Source: a virus
Direction: 5' to 3' (one strand)
DNA length: 64,000 nt
IMG/VR virus record: IMGVR_UViG_3300027858_000541
The notes beneath the pieces are model-generated. The model was not told where the DNA came from. It did no database searches and was given only the letters and a program-made list of their open reading frames with translations. Below are positions 1 through 11,652 of the stretch, in pieces (the first letter of the stretch is position 1; the number at the start of each line of letters is the position of its first letter). The position numbers and the translations under genes were made by a program.

Positions 1-984
1 AAACCAACCAGTATCTAAAAAAGATAGAAAAAGAGCGAAAAAACAAAAGGTGAGCTAATAGAAAATAGACTCACCAAAATTACATATAATAAAGAAATTC
101 AAAAAAAAGGAGTGTCAACCGTATCGAACGATGTTTGTTTTTAAACATCAGGTAATCACAGATATAAAAAGTAAAAGGTATTTAACAATCAAAAGGTGGT
201 TATGAACAAATGAATAATCTAGAAACCATACAACAGAAGAAGGAAACATTAATTAGATTGGAGGAAATGCTTGTATTTTCAAAGGAAAGTAAGCTTTCGA
301 ATCCACTATTAGATGCATTAGAGCATGAGATAAAACGTTATACACCAGTAATACTCACAAGGGAAGAGTATAACGAATTAACCCTTGCGGAGTGGGAAAA
401 TAACCGATTAGACGAGGATTCCTGTGGAGAAGAAAATGAATCTAGTTATGAATTAAAAGAATGGTTAGATGAAAACACGGTAATTTGGTGGAAGAGATGA
501 TTTTAAAAAGAATGAAGTTATCTACCAATGATGACTTTTCATTAGAACAAGCCATTGAAGAGAAGATTCGTGAATTTCGTTTAGATGGAATAGAATTGAA
601 TTTTTTTTATGTGTCTGCTCCACAAATCGTCGACAAAGAAAAGAATCAATTAAATTATATGGCTGGATTTGAAGTAATTTATAACTTTTAAATGAAAAGG
701 AGTGGTACAAATGCACTTATTTATCTTGGAAATAGGTAATGACGATTTAGATGCACAAAGTACAGAAGTTGAGTTTGAAGGAAGTATTCAGGAGTTTAAG
801 GAGTCCTGTGAGAAAGAAATAAATGAGTCGGAGTTTCTTACACTCATAGGTTCTGCATTTACGTATGGAAATAATGGAATTTTGATAGAGTACTATTCGA
901 AGAGAATGGAAAAAACGATTAAAAGATATATCACCATAAGAATTTAGTACTCAATTTTAAAAAAATATATGAGGTGAAAATAGA

Positions 985-1197
985 ATGGGAAAACAACATT
1001 GTTGTGAAATGATGACAGAAAACGTGAATAAGGAATGTGATATACACATAGACAAATATGATTGTCCTGATATGTTAATTTCTTATCATGAAACATACGA
1101 TGAATACGGATTAATCATCCACGATGGAGGAGCTTCTAATATTCACATTGACTATTGTCCTTGGTGTGCTACTAAATTGCCAGAATCAAAAAGATAA
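985..1197 (+). CDS. Small Cys-rich protein, DUF6980-like
   Basis: HCCEMM...C...DCPD...DEYGLIIHDGG...YCPWC pattern recalled from DUF6980. Confidence 0.6.
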   Translation: MGKQHCCEMMTENVNKECDIHIDKYDCPDMLISYHETYDEYGLIIHDGGASNIHIDYCPWCATKLPESKR

Positions 1198-2712
1198 AAA
1201 ATGTTCGACATTAAATATGAGAAGGAGACAGGAATATGAACATATATAATTTAGGGATTATAGTAGAGGTAGCAATACCATTTAAAACAGTTGCTAAATA
1301 TAAAACAGAAGTTGGTTTAGAAAGATTTATCGTAAATCGCCTAAGAGATTTTGTTCATAGTATAGAAGAATTTAATGGGGTGAAAGTAGGTTATGCATCT
1401 ACTAAATCCTTTGATGTTACTCCAATAAATGATTTTAACTATAACTACAATAATCAATTACCTAAAAAAGAAGGGTATAACGTTTATCGATATTTTGGAG
1501 CTGATTTATTCTTGTTGAGCGAATTAGAAGATGTCCAATTGGATGAATTCAATAATTTACACTTCTTTGGTAAAGACCAATTAACTTATTTAGTGTATGC
1601 GACAATTTTAGGTAAAAAACAGCCAACTACTTCTCCTATTACTTTAATCGGTGTCAAAAAATATAACGAATCTTCATTCTTAAGTGATATCAATACTATT
1701 CCCAAGTAATAGAAAAACAGAGAGACTCATATTAAACAGAGTCTTTCTCTCTTTTTAGGGACTAACAAAGGAGCATGAAGCATGGAAATAGATAAAGAGG
1801 AATATGGAATCTTCAATAAAGAGGGTTTACTAGTAGATAAATGCGATGACTTCATTAGTGCTATTAAAAGAAGTAAAGCCTTAACAATTGAAACAGGCTT
1901 CATCCATTCGGCACGCAAAATAGACTTTACTTTTTTGTCGAATGAAGAAAAGCTTGATAATTTGTCGAGGAAATTAAAGGAACATAAAGATTTTCTCGAT
2001 AGAATGAAAGGTTCAGGCAGGTCGTATTACGGGGATGTTAGATTAAAAACAGAAGAGATGGAATGGTTATTAGCAGTTGCAACCGAAAAAATTATTGACA
2101 AAAAGTAAATAGAAAAAGGAGCGGTATATATGTTGGGTTTTCATGGTGGAGTCGAAGTAGATTTAAATACATTAGAGGTAGGTACTGAGTTCTTTGTTCA
2201 TAGTGGTCATTGGTATGGGAGTATTGTTCTAAAAGATGGTGCCAAATGTATCTTTTTCAAAGATGGTAAATTAGAAGATGCTATTCCCACTGAGGGAGGA
2301 TACCTTTTAGATATTTCGATTTTAGATGGAACCACAAAAGATGGAGCACCTAAAACTAAAAATCCAAAAAAACTATATATTATCAAGAATGAAAATGGTG
2401 ATATATATGCGACAAATGCTCTTTCAGAAGGCAATAAATTAGTATCTGTAGAGGATTTAGAAAAAGAAGATTGGTTGTTTAAACGCTTTCCATACACTAT
2501 TTTTATCGTAAAAGAGTAGTAGTTTTGGGGGTGATGACAATTTAAATAAAGGAGCTGGAATATATGATAACTGTTTTTCCAATCATCAGTAGAAACGTAA
2601 ACAAATATAAAGAGGTTTATCCTAACTTATATAACGATTTTGAGGTAGCTAGAAAAAACCGGATTACCGTTATCAAACAGTTACAGTTTCTGAAGAAGGA
2701 CAAAAAGAGTAT

Positions 2713-2925
2713 TTGGCATTAGTTGAAAATCATCTGATTGTAAAAAAACTGCCGAAGCACAATAGAGACGTATGGGTAACGACTCATCATGGTGGTAGAT
2801 TCGTAGGATTTTATGAAGACCACCAATGGTGGTATATGACCGCATCAGATAAGCCTAGAAAAATAGATGCGCATGTTATCCAGTGGAAAGCTATAGCTAC
2901 TCCACAGGTCAAAAGAGTCGTTTAA
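2713..2925 (+). CDS. Phage-type small protein, possibly DUF551-like
   Basis: LP...VWV...GFY...WW...VIQWK pattern; TTG start. Confidence 0.35.
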   Translation: MALVENHLIVKKLPKHNRDVWVTTHHGGRFVGFYEDHQWWYMTASDKPRKIDAHVIQWKAIATPQVKRVV

Positions 2926-3209
2926 ACAACGAGAGAGGAAGTTCTAAAATGGCGTATACAAACAAACAATCTAAAGTTGGTGACATTAAAACAATGAAAG
3001 TTGAATTAACCACCATCGGAGGTAACGTGATAGAAGTAGGAGATAAGGTAGAAATTACCGGGATTGGTGAAAGAGGTTATGATATCCTAGAAATAAAGAC
3101 CAAAATAAGATTGCTTGAGTGTGGCTGGGATATTTTCGAATAAGAAGAAGGATATAAAATAGGGAGAGGATTAATACTTCTCCCTCAAAATGAGAAAAGG
3201 GGTATTCAC

Positions 3210-4028
3210 ATGGCTAAAAAAATGAAGAAGGTATACACAAAGGAAGAATTAATGAATGAGCAATTAAAAGCAAAGTGGCTCCATATAGAAGAAGAATTGC
3301 ACTTAATACCAGAACCTCATTATCTTTTTAAAGTGGGAGACTTAGTTCATGTGGGTTCCCTAAAAGATGTTGTCATTAAAGAGGTATTACTCAATGGGAA
3401 GGTCTATTTGATTGAATATACCGAGGTAACTCGAAGCAGTGGAATCGTTTTTGAAACACCGAATTCCTTAGACTATGTTAAATGGATAAGAGTATCCAAT
3501 AGAGGCGGTAAAGTGAATGAACTAAACTTTTCACAAAAGGATGATTTACAAATTCATTTTAGCCAAATGACGATTCAATCTTTATTCACGAAGGTTTATT
3601 CATTTGGAGTTAATTTTGACCCAGTCTATCAGCGTGGTTATGTATGGGACATGAGTGATAAGATTGCTTTGCTAGACTCCATTTTTATGAATGTAGAAGT
3701 TGGTAAGTTTGCGTTTGTTCAATACAATGACGAACAATGGGAAAAATTCAATTTATCTTATGAAGCTTTAGATGGAAAGCAAAGGCTATCTACCTTATGT
3801 GAATTTTATGAAGGTCGATTTGAATACAACGGTTTTAAATATAATGAATTATCTTTTGCGGATAGAAAACATTTTTTAACTTATCCAGTTTCTATTGCTG
3901 AAATTAGAGATGCGACAGAAGAACAGATATTGAGATATTTCATCAAGTTAAATTCCCATGGAAAAATCATGGACAATGAACACTTAGAAAAAGTAAAAGA
4001 GATGTTATTGTTATCACAAGTAAACTAA
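3210..4028 (+). CDS. DUF262 (GmrS/ParB-like) domain protein with N-terminal extension; no HNH partner domain
   Basis: PVYQRGYVW, LLDSI, LDGKQRLSTL and FIKLN motifs of DUF262; RBS AAGGGG upstream. Confidence 0.8.
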   Translation: MAKKMKKVYTKEELMNEQLKAKWLHIEEELHLIPEPHYLFKVGDLVHVGSLKDVVIKEVLLNGKVYLIEYTEVTRSSGIVFETPNSLDYVKWIRVSNRGGKVNELNFSQKDDLQIHFSQMTIQSLFTKVYSFGVNFDPVYQRGYVWDMSDKIALLDSIFMNVEVGKFAFVQYNDEQWEKFNLSYEALDGKQRLSTLCEFYEGRFEYNGFKYNELSFADRKHFLTYPVSIAEIRDATEEQILRYFIKLNSHGKIMDNEHLEKVKEMLLLSQVN

Positions 4029-4097
4029 GGATTTTTAGATAAAAACTGAAATATAAAAAGCAGGAAGCTAATGTTAATATACATTGCTCCTGCTTTT

Positions 4098-4388
4098 TTA
4101 ATTCATTAATGATTTCTTGTATTCTTTATTCATTAGTACATTTATGATTATAACTCCTGTATAGAAGGAAAGGGGTGCTAATAAAAAGATGACTCCTTCC
4201 GTAAATCCGGAATAGATAGATACTAATCCAGCAAAAATTATTATAGGCATATACATAAAACAATATAGATTATATCCATGTCTAATTATCAAACCAATAC
4301 TACCTGCATTACGTACTTCATAAAGAGAATACACTAAAAATAAGCCAGATACGATAGAGTAAAGAGTCCACAAAATACAATTAATCAT
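4098..4388 (-). CDS. Small multi-pass membrane protein
   Basis: Three hydrophobic segments; RBS GGAGG on - strand upstream. Confidence 0.55.
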   Translation of the reverse strand: MINCILWTLYSIVSGLFLVYSLYEVRNAGSIGLIIRHGYNLYCFMYMPIIIFAGLVSIYSGFTEGVIFLLAPLSFYTGVIIINVLMNKEYKKSLMN

Positions 4389-4441
4389 ACTATCTATATT
4401 TCACCTCCCAATTTTTAATCTAGTTGACCATCTATTGAAGC

Positions 4442-4642
4442 TTAATCTAAATAAGTGTGTCGAATGCGCCCGATAGCTCCAGACCCCTCAAGTCTCACTT
4501 TACATCCTCTCGAGTGAAATGATTTACTTGTCAATATATTTTCTATGCGTCCACGCGTCAATTTTCCATTTTTTTGGTCTTCTTTTAGTACAATATCGAC
4601 TAATAGACCCGGGTACAATTCATTGCGGTAACAACCTTCCAT
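4442..4642 (-). CDS. ywbE: YwbE/DUF2196 family protein
   Basis: PGLLVDIVLKEDQ..GKLTRG.I..ILT....H.RG.KVRL.....GRI signature. Confidence 0.85.
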   Translation of the reverse strand: MEGCYRNELYPGLLVDIVLKEDQKNGKLTRGRIENILTSKSFHSRGCKVRLEGSGAIGRIRHTYLD

Positions 4643-4911
4643 ATAACATCCCTCCTTATACTTTTTATTATTATAGAAAAGGAAATAGAGAAGTATAAGA
4701 CGGAGAGGGGGAAGGAGGTGGAATAAAAAAAGAACAGAGTTAAGGGACTCTGTTCTTTCTTAGTAATGAAAAAAAGGTTGAAGTTTTTTTCATTACAGAT
4801 GCTATATTCTTATCAAGAGAGGTTTTCTTAAAAAGGAGCTAAGATTTTACCTTCGAATAGAGCATTTCTATAATACACTAGATAAATAACTTTTTCAAAC
4901 ACTATTTACCG

Positions 4912-4945
4912 AAAAAAATGATGCCCCTAGAAAGAGCATCATTTT
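4912..4945. terminator. Intrinsic terminator downstream of the UvrD-like gene
   Basis: AAAAATGATGC-loop-GCATCATTTTT inverted repeat with flanking A/T runs. Confidence 0.7.
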
Positions 4946-4960
4946 TCTTATTAATATTTT

Positions 4961-7639
4961 TTAAATTACTCGTTTAGCTAAACTTGTTTTTTGAGCTTCT
5001 CTAATAATTTCAGGAAGTTTTCGTTTACTTGTATTCGGGATAGTTGTATAAGATATAAACGCTTGTTGTCTTGCTCTGGTTAATGCAACAAATAGTAAGC
5101 GTCGTTCTTCTTCTAGTTCTTCTCCTCCTAAAGCAGAATAGCCATTCAGCGTATGGAATACATAGTCAAACTCTTTCCCTTTTGAAGAATGAATCGTCGT
5201 TAAAATAACCCCATTGTATTGGTTTTCTTTTAAGTCTGCAGATAAATTGTCTTCGTATTTTTCCATTGCACGAACATAATGAATCAAATCATCCATCGTG
5301 TTGAATTTCTTATTTTTTAAATGCTTCACGAAAGAGGATACATTTTCATCAAGATGAGATAGTCGCTCGCAGAACTCTAAGTAGTAAGCTACTTTTTCAA
5401 TTTCTGTTGTTAAGGAACTAAGCTCATTTATAATTCTTTGAACCCCTTTTTCAGTATAAGAAAATGCTTCTTCTTTTGTGATATTAGACTTTTCGAAAGT
5501 TGCTTTTTTGAAATGATATAAACATTCAAAAACAGGATAAATAATCGATTCATTTTCAAAGAAGTCTGTCAAATGCATGAGTGATTGAATAACTGGCTTT
5601 TCTATTAATGGAGTAGGCACAACAAGTGTACTAGGGATAGATAGAAGATTTAGCTGGTGCTGTATCTTTATCAACTCACTCTTCTTCCTAGCAATAATAG
5701 AAATTTCTTGAAGAGGTGTTCCACCCTTTATCAATTTACTCACACCTAGCAGGATGCCATTATATTCATTCTCCAATGTGGAACTTTCTAATATATAGCT
5801 TTCCTTAGAATTATTAAAGTTAGATTTTAATGTTTTATTAATTTTACGGACATTCAAATTATTAATTTCATTGGCTATTGTAATAATGTTTTCAGTTGAA
5901 CGGAAGTTGTCCTCCAAGAAAATATCACGAATTTCATTGAAATATAGATGAAAATTAATTATGTTTTCTTCCGATGTATTTCTGAAACCAAAAATAGACT
6001 GTGAATCATCTCCAACAACCATTAGGGATTGAAAATTAGGATTCTCCGTTAGAGCATACATAATATCAAACTCCATTGTTCCCGTATCTTGGTATTCATC
6101 TACAATAATATGCTTGAATCCTAGAGCTTGTAAAACCTGTGGTTCGTTTTGAGCTAATTTGTACAAGCAATTAATTAAATCTTGAAAGTCCATCAAATTA
6201 TTACTGACAATTTCTTTTTGGTAGTTGGTCACGAAATGAAATACTTCTTCTGCTTGTTTTACATTCAATGTAAAGAGTGTTTGAATTTCCTCCATAATGG
6301 TGATAGAAGTTAAATCTAATTTTTCTTTACAGCTATCGATATACTCCGACATCTTGATAACAGCACCTTTTGAATGAGGAAAATTCATCAAAGGATTTTT
6401 ATAATTAAGCCAATCGAAACGGTCAAATTTATCTAACATATTGGTGATAGTATCGAGTTTTTCCGTTTTTTCAATCAGTGTTGGTGGAGTGGTGTATCCA
6501 AATCGAGAGTACTCTTTTTGAATTATCATTTCCGACCAACTATGGAATGTAAAGATATTTATTTTTTTTACATCCACTTCTAATTCCATTTCTTTTATCC
6601 AATAACCAACTTTTTCACGCATTTCTTCTGCGCCCTTGTTGGTATACGTGATTAATAGAATTTCTTCTGGTTTAACACCTTCATCTAACATTTCCGCCAA
6701 ACGCAGGGCTATAACTGTTGTCTTTCCTGAGCCTGCTCCAGCATTAATACGTACAATTCCATTTCTCATGGAAATAGCCTCAAATTGCTCATTAGTTAAT
6801 TTTAGATTGATTTCTTTTCTCTCTTTTTTTACTTCTTGTTTTTGTACCGGTAGGGCACTGTTTTCTAAGCAAATCGATTGGAATGTGCACATATCACAGT
6901 TAGTGGGAGTGCAATTCTTCGGAGAGTTATATGTTATCTCTAAATTAGCGAGATTGACAATAGATGCTTGGCGAGCAATAGAGTTATCTGAACCGACTTG
7001 GAAGTGATGCGTAATCATATTTTTCCCTTTTTTGACTTCAAATTCATCTGAAAGAACATCATTCTTATCATCTTTACTTTTTAGATGGAAGAAGGTTGCA
7101 TGCACGGTCTTATCAAATAAAGATTCCCCAAGAGCCTGTAATAAATAAAGTTCATTATTACAAGTAGCTTTGGATTCGTCTTTTTGTGCTCTGTAAGAAA
7201 GTTTAGGAGCACCTTTGATTACTTTGGCCACATAATAAATATCATTCTTCTCAAATACGAAATCAGCATGTACGCCTACTGTTACTCCTTGAATGTTAAC
7301 GTCTCCAGAAAGGTTTTTCTGCACTAATTTATAACCTTGTTCATTCAAATAGGTAGCAAAACGTTTGATTTGTTCCACTAATACCTGAATTTCTACTTCT
7401 TTTTGTCTTTCCGAATAAAAAATAGAAAGAGGTAGTTTCTTTTTTAGGAAATCTAGTACTTTTAATTCATTAAAAGGAACCCCAATTAAAGTAGTTTCTT
7501 TCCAAAGTTCTTTCAAAGCTATAGCAATTTCATAATGCAAACCCTTCGTATAAGCCATATTACTTTCTTCAAAGAACGCTCTTTTTTGACAAGTTTCTCG
7601 TGTTTTTAAATTTCTACCTGTAAGTTTTTTGTGTGTCAT
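4961..7639 (-). CDS. SF1A UvrD/PcrA-like helicase with N-terminal PD-(D/E)xK-like (Cas4/AddB-type) Cys-cluster domain
   Basis: Helicase motifs GAGSGKT, TYTNKGAEEM, DEYQD, VGDDSQSIFGFR, NFRS, TIHSSKGKEF, EERRLLFVALTRA. N-terminal lone Cys (TCQKR) plus CDMCTFQSIC. Start moved to ATG 7639 (MTHKK) because GAAGGAG RBS precedes it. Confidence 0.85.
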   Translation of the reverse strand: MTHKKLTGRNLKTRETCQKRAFFEESNMAYTKGLHYEIAIALKELWKETTLIGVPFNELKVLDFLKKKLPLSIFYSERQKEVEIQVLVEQIKRFATYLNEQGYKLVQKNLSGDVNIQGVTVGVHADFVFEKNDIYYVAKVIKGAPKLSYRAQKDESKATCNNELYLLQALGESLFDKTVHATFFHLKSKDDKNDVLSDEFEVKKGKNMITHHFQVGSDNSIARQASIVNLANLEITYNSPKNCTPTNCDMCTFQSICLENSALPVQKQEVKKERKEINLKLTNEQFEAISMRNGIVRINAGAGSGKTTVIALRLAEMLDEGVKPEEILLITYTNKGAEEMREKVGYWIKEMELEVDVKKINIFTFHSWSEMIIQKEYSRFGYTTPPTLIEKTEKLDTITNMLDKFDRFDWLNYKNPLMNFPHSKGAVIKMSEYIDSCKEKLDLTSITIMEEIQTLFTLNVKQAEEVFHFVTNYQKEIVSNNLMDFQDLINCLYKLAQNEPQVLQALGFKHIIVDEYQDTGTMEFDIMYALTENPNFQSLMVVGDDSQSIFGFRNTSEENIINFHLYFNEIRDIFLEDNFRSTENIITIANEINNLNVRKINKTLKSNFNNSKESYILESSTLENEYNGILLGVSKLIKGGTPLQEISIIARKKSELIKIQHQLNLLSIPSTLVVPTPLIEKPVIQSLMHLTDFFENESIIYPVFECLYHFKKATFEKSNITKEEAFSYTEKGVQRIINELSSLTTEIEKVAYYLEFCERLSHLDENVSSFVKHLKNKKFNTMDDLIHYVRAMEKYEDNLSADLKENQYNGVILTTIHSSKGKEFDYVFHTLNGYSALGGEELEEERRLLFVALTRARQQAFISYTTIPNTSKRKLPEIIREAQKTSLAKRVI

Positions 7640-7762
7640 TATTAACACTCCTTCATTAAGTATTAGACTAAACGCCTTTTTTATCACATCTTCTATTATT
7701 CTATGTATATTTGATAATATATATATCATTTGAATAGACAAAAGTATACAACTATTATATCA

Positions 7763-7776
7763 TTGACTATAGTCAA
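7763..7776. promoter_or_regulatory. Perfect 14-bp palindrome TTGACTATAGTCAA, putative operator
   Basis: Adjacent to an extended -10 (TGaTATAAT, - strand) upstream of the UvrD-like gene; near-copies elsewhere in the window. Confidence 0.7.
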
Positions 7777-7957
7777 ATAAAAGGTGAAAGGGGTTTTTAT
7801 TTTGAATCCAACAATACATATAACTGTTTTTCGAACGGTTTTGGCACATTACGGATTTCCAGTTTTCTTTGGACTATTATTTGGGTCTCTATTCGTAGGA
7901 ACTATTATTTTAACCTTCCTTTATAAGAGAAAGAGTTATCAAAAGAGAGGTAATTAG

Positions 7958-8452
7958 ATGTTACAACTTTCATATTTAGGTGAATCGAAAAAACTGCAGT
8001 TATCTCCTGAAACGGAGAAATGGCTGATTGTTCGAAAACCAATAAGTGGAATTCCCAATGGTTTTTTACATGTACCAGCCCTAAGTCCATCCATTCGTTT
8101 GTTTGATAAAGCGCAGGAATGGAAACAGGGGTATCGGAGTCCAGAGGACCTACAATTTTTAGAGAGTCAGCAAATAGAAAACTCCGCAGATGCATGGTGG
8201 GATTTATATGCTCATGGTTTTCAGGAAGAGATAAAGAATCGAACGGATATGATAGAGATGCTCAAGCATTTAGAAAGACGAATGCAAGCTGGTTTATCCA
8301 CAGTTATCTTCTGTTTCTGTAAAAAAGAAGAACGTTGTCACCGAACTTTTATTGGTTCCTATTTTGAACAAAAAGGGTATCGAGTGTCTCGTCAAAAAAA
8401 AGAAGTAGAACAGCCAAAGGAATTTGAACAATTAAGTATATTTGATTACTAA
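7958..8452 (+). CDS. DUF488-family protein
   Basis: LSPS..LF, W..Y...F..EI and FCFCKKEERCHR (C.....CHR) motifs. Confidence 0.7.
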   Translation: MLQLSYLGESKKLQLSPETEKWLIVRKPISGIPNGFLHVPALSPSIRLFDKAQEWKQGYRSPEDLQFLESQQIENSADAWWDLYAHGFQEEIKNRTDMIEMLKHLERRMQAGLSTVIFCFCKKEERCHRTFIGSYFEQKGYRVSRQKKEVEQPKEFEQLSIFDY

Positions 8453-10439
8453 TAGCGTTTAGTTCCAGCTCTTTTTGTGAGGGATTCGTTTTCTGCATAG
8501 TATATAAAAGAACGAAAAAAATAGGTTAGGATAAATTCCTATCATCAAAAGGAGCTAATAAAAATGGATAGTTTAATAGTAAAAGAATTTCTAATTCCAG
8601 TAAGATGGATGGTCTGTGGAGTGAGCAAAGTAAGAGCTACCAGTTTAGGAGAAGCGGAAAAACTAGTGCAATTAGAAAGAAACTTGCCAAGAAACAGAAT
8701 TAATATGGCGGATACACTTTATATAGATACTGAGGATAAAGAATATCCAACAGAAGAAGATGGAGTTGTAGTAGAAGCGGTTATTACTTTGTCTGAGGAT
8801 GTTCTTTGGGAAGATAGAGTTGTGCATTATAAAGGCGACAAAATCTATGCAAAGCGTCAACACATGATAAATCAATCACCTTATGTTGCAGAAAGTCTTT
8901 CGTGGATTATTCAAATTGCGACAGAAACAATCGTCGTGCAAACCGAAGATTTCAAAAATTAGCTACTACTCTAGTAGGGTTACCCAGTAACAGAGTGTCT
9001 GAGTAGAAATCTGAAGGGAAGGAGTAGTTGTATATGAGGAAGCCGAGAAAAGTCGCAATATATAAAGCAAGAACAGGTGAAAAGTCAAGAAAGGCAGGAA
9101 TGTACTTCTATGAAGTTTTTCGCACCAATACTAAATTAACTCCTACTAAAAACAGAATTAACAAGTAATATAGCACAGTTTGAATAAACTTTGAGGGAAA
9201 AAGGAGCAAATACGCATGGAAGTTAAATTATCAGTTATGCAGATAAACAAGTTGAACAATTGGATAGCTTTCTATAGTGATGAAAAGAAGGATGCTAAAT
9301 GTACGGGAATTTATGCAGGTATAAAACATGTGTTAGAGATGTTCCACATTTACGACAATGTCATGTTTGAAAAGCCGTTGACAGTCACCGTTGAGCAAAA
9401 CACTATTGATGAACTCATACAACGCATGGAGGAAAATAGTATTAATGCTTTATGGAACTTGGGTTTAGCTTCTGGTATCTGTTGGACGTTGGAATTATTG
9501 GATATTTTGAAAACAGATTACTCAAAAACGGATAGAGAAGGATTTTAATCATTACTATACAGGACGTTAAAGGAGTGACAGGATGAATATCTCGTGTTTT
9601 TTAGTTTCAGAAGGCAAATTTCAACCAGCTATTTTACCTGAAGACATACTTTTAGGTTTAGTGAAATCGCTTAGAACCAAGGGTAATGAGATGGTTCATT
9701 TTGCGGATAAAAGTATAGAAGTAGAAGGGGTATATATACCATCGAAAACTTCTAAAACACGTTTCATTGCATTTTCTGATATTGAAGAATAAAACTCAGA
9801 TTGAGTAGGAGGAAATAAACGTGCCAATTTCATTAAAAAACGTCAAAGAAAAACGTTCCATGCCTTTTTTAAAAAGAGGAATGCGTGTAGAAGTAAACGG
9901 AAAAATGGGTGTAATAACTTCTGGAAACGACTCTTTAAATATTAATGTTCGATTGGATGGAGAAAAGTATAGCGGAAATTGTCATCCCAAATGGGAAACT
10001 CGTTATTTCGATAAGGATGGAAAAGTAATCGCTGATTATCGGCAAGAAAGTGGTTACGAACAGTTTGATGGAGCAAAGCATTTTGTATAGTAAGAGCAAA
10101 CTGCAAAAAATCTGTTTTATTAAAGGGAGAAATTTCAAATGCTGATTCAAAGCGACATTTATCCACATAAAATATGGACAAATATAATGACTTTAGATAA
10201 CAAGGTTATTGATTATAAGATTTGTGGAGGAAAAGAAAATAAAGGTTCTTGGTCTTTAAGCTGGACAGATGAATTGGTAAAAAGATTTGATGATATTAAA
10301 GTTATTTCTACGTTTGAAGAAGTCAACAATCTCTGTGAGCATGAAAATGCTTTTGAAAAAGGTTCCGAGTTAGTCAATGAACACCGAAACGAATATGGAA
10401 ATTATACTGTGTAAAAGAATAGTTCTGCAAAATAGTAAA

Positions 10440-10485
10440 TTCGATGTTTTCATCGAACTTTTAAAAATTCGACGTTTTCATCGAA
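10440..10485. repeat. Tandem pair of 18-bp palindromes TTCGA(T/C)G-TTTT-CATCGAA
   Basis: Copies at 10440-10457 and 10468-10485, 28-bp period, intergenic before ORF 10514. Confidence 0.75.
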
Positions 10486-11652
10486 TTAATTACGGTAAAG
10501 AGGAGCGGTAATCATGCCAAGAAAAAAAGAGGAAAATAAGATTGTGCGTATAAAGTTTTCAGAAGACTGGACAATGATGTTTGGAAACAGTTATAAACCT
10601 TGGGAAATACAATTGGAAGAATATCTTTTTTTACTAAAAGAAAAAAAAGAATTAGATACTTTCGAAGAAGTTACGGTGTCAGACAATAAATGGGTTGGCT
10701 GGGGAGGTTTAAAATGGTGTCCTGAAACGAATTTTCAGCAACAACTTAATCGTGAGGGCTGTCAATCGAATGAACCTGATAACCCTTATCCAAGACTATA
10801 TGCCGAGATGGTATTTTACGAGGACAGCACCGTAACAAATAAAGTAAATAAGATGTTTGTAAACCTAAAAGCGAATATATATTAATTTGCGAGAATACCA
10901 GATGCTTATTTACTTGGAGGGAATCTGATTGAACGAAAAAGATAATGAACTAAGAGAAAATATCAAACAAGCTCTTTATATGCATGGAAAACTATCGATT
11001 CTCTTTTACAAGATGCTTGATGAGTGGATTGTTCGTAAATGGGGAGAGTTTGAGAGTTTATCCGTTATACAGAAGGATTTATTCGGTAAATTGGTGGCGT
11101 CCGGTATGGAAGATGAAGCAAATTCATTAACCTTGATGGACTTGCCAAATGACGAAGAGTTGATATTTAAAATTTTAACCTGCGGGAGCCTCGAAAGCAC
11201 ACTTAAAGAAATTGGTTATATTAGCTGAATAGGAGAGGTGACAATGAAAAAAGGAAGTTTTTATGAATTTATTGAAGGTGGAATATATGTTTTTGATTCT
11301 ATCGCCTTACCTAGAGAGTCTGAAGACATCTCAAGAAGAGACAGGGACAAAATGCTTCATACCCATGAGGCTATTCACCCAACCACAAGAAAATGGTTTA
11401 ATGTGTACGAATCTGGTGTTGCAACATTCATTGATTCAGATGTTCCGCATGTACTATATCAAACAAAAGCAGATTTTACGGAAGACCGAGATTACATTTA
11501 CGCAATGGAAGTTGATAAGTTCTTTGGTCAAGTAGAAACGAATACAGGAAAGCAATCTAGATTTCAGATAGTGGAGTAATGAAAGTGGTAAATAAAAAGA
11601 CCTGTTCTATGTAAAGGTAGGACAGGCTTTTCAAGAGAAGAAAGGGAGATTA

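Noticed and set aside
6636-7007. Antisense ORFs overlapping well-supported genes (e.g. 6636-7007, 24326-24643, 32436-32756, 41506-42014)
   Set aside because: They are shadow ORFs opposite motif-bearing genes, without RBS or recognisable motifs.
7640-7741. Longer N-terminus of the UvrD-like ORF from 7741
   Set aside because: No RBS there; a GAAGGAG RBS precedes ATG 7639, and the extension overlaps the promoter region.
10440-10485. LexA (SOS) boxes
   Set aside because: These palindromes do not fit CGAAC-N4-GTTCG, and I saw no convincing SOS box upstream of the ligase or helicase.
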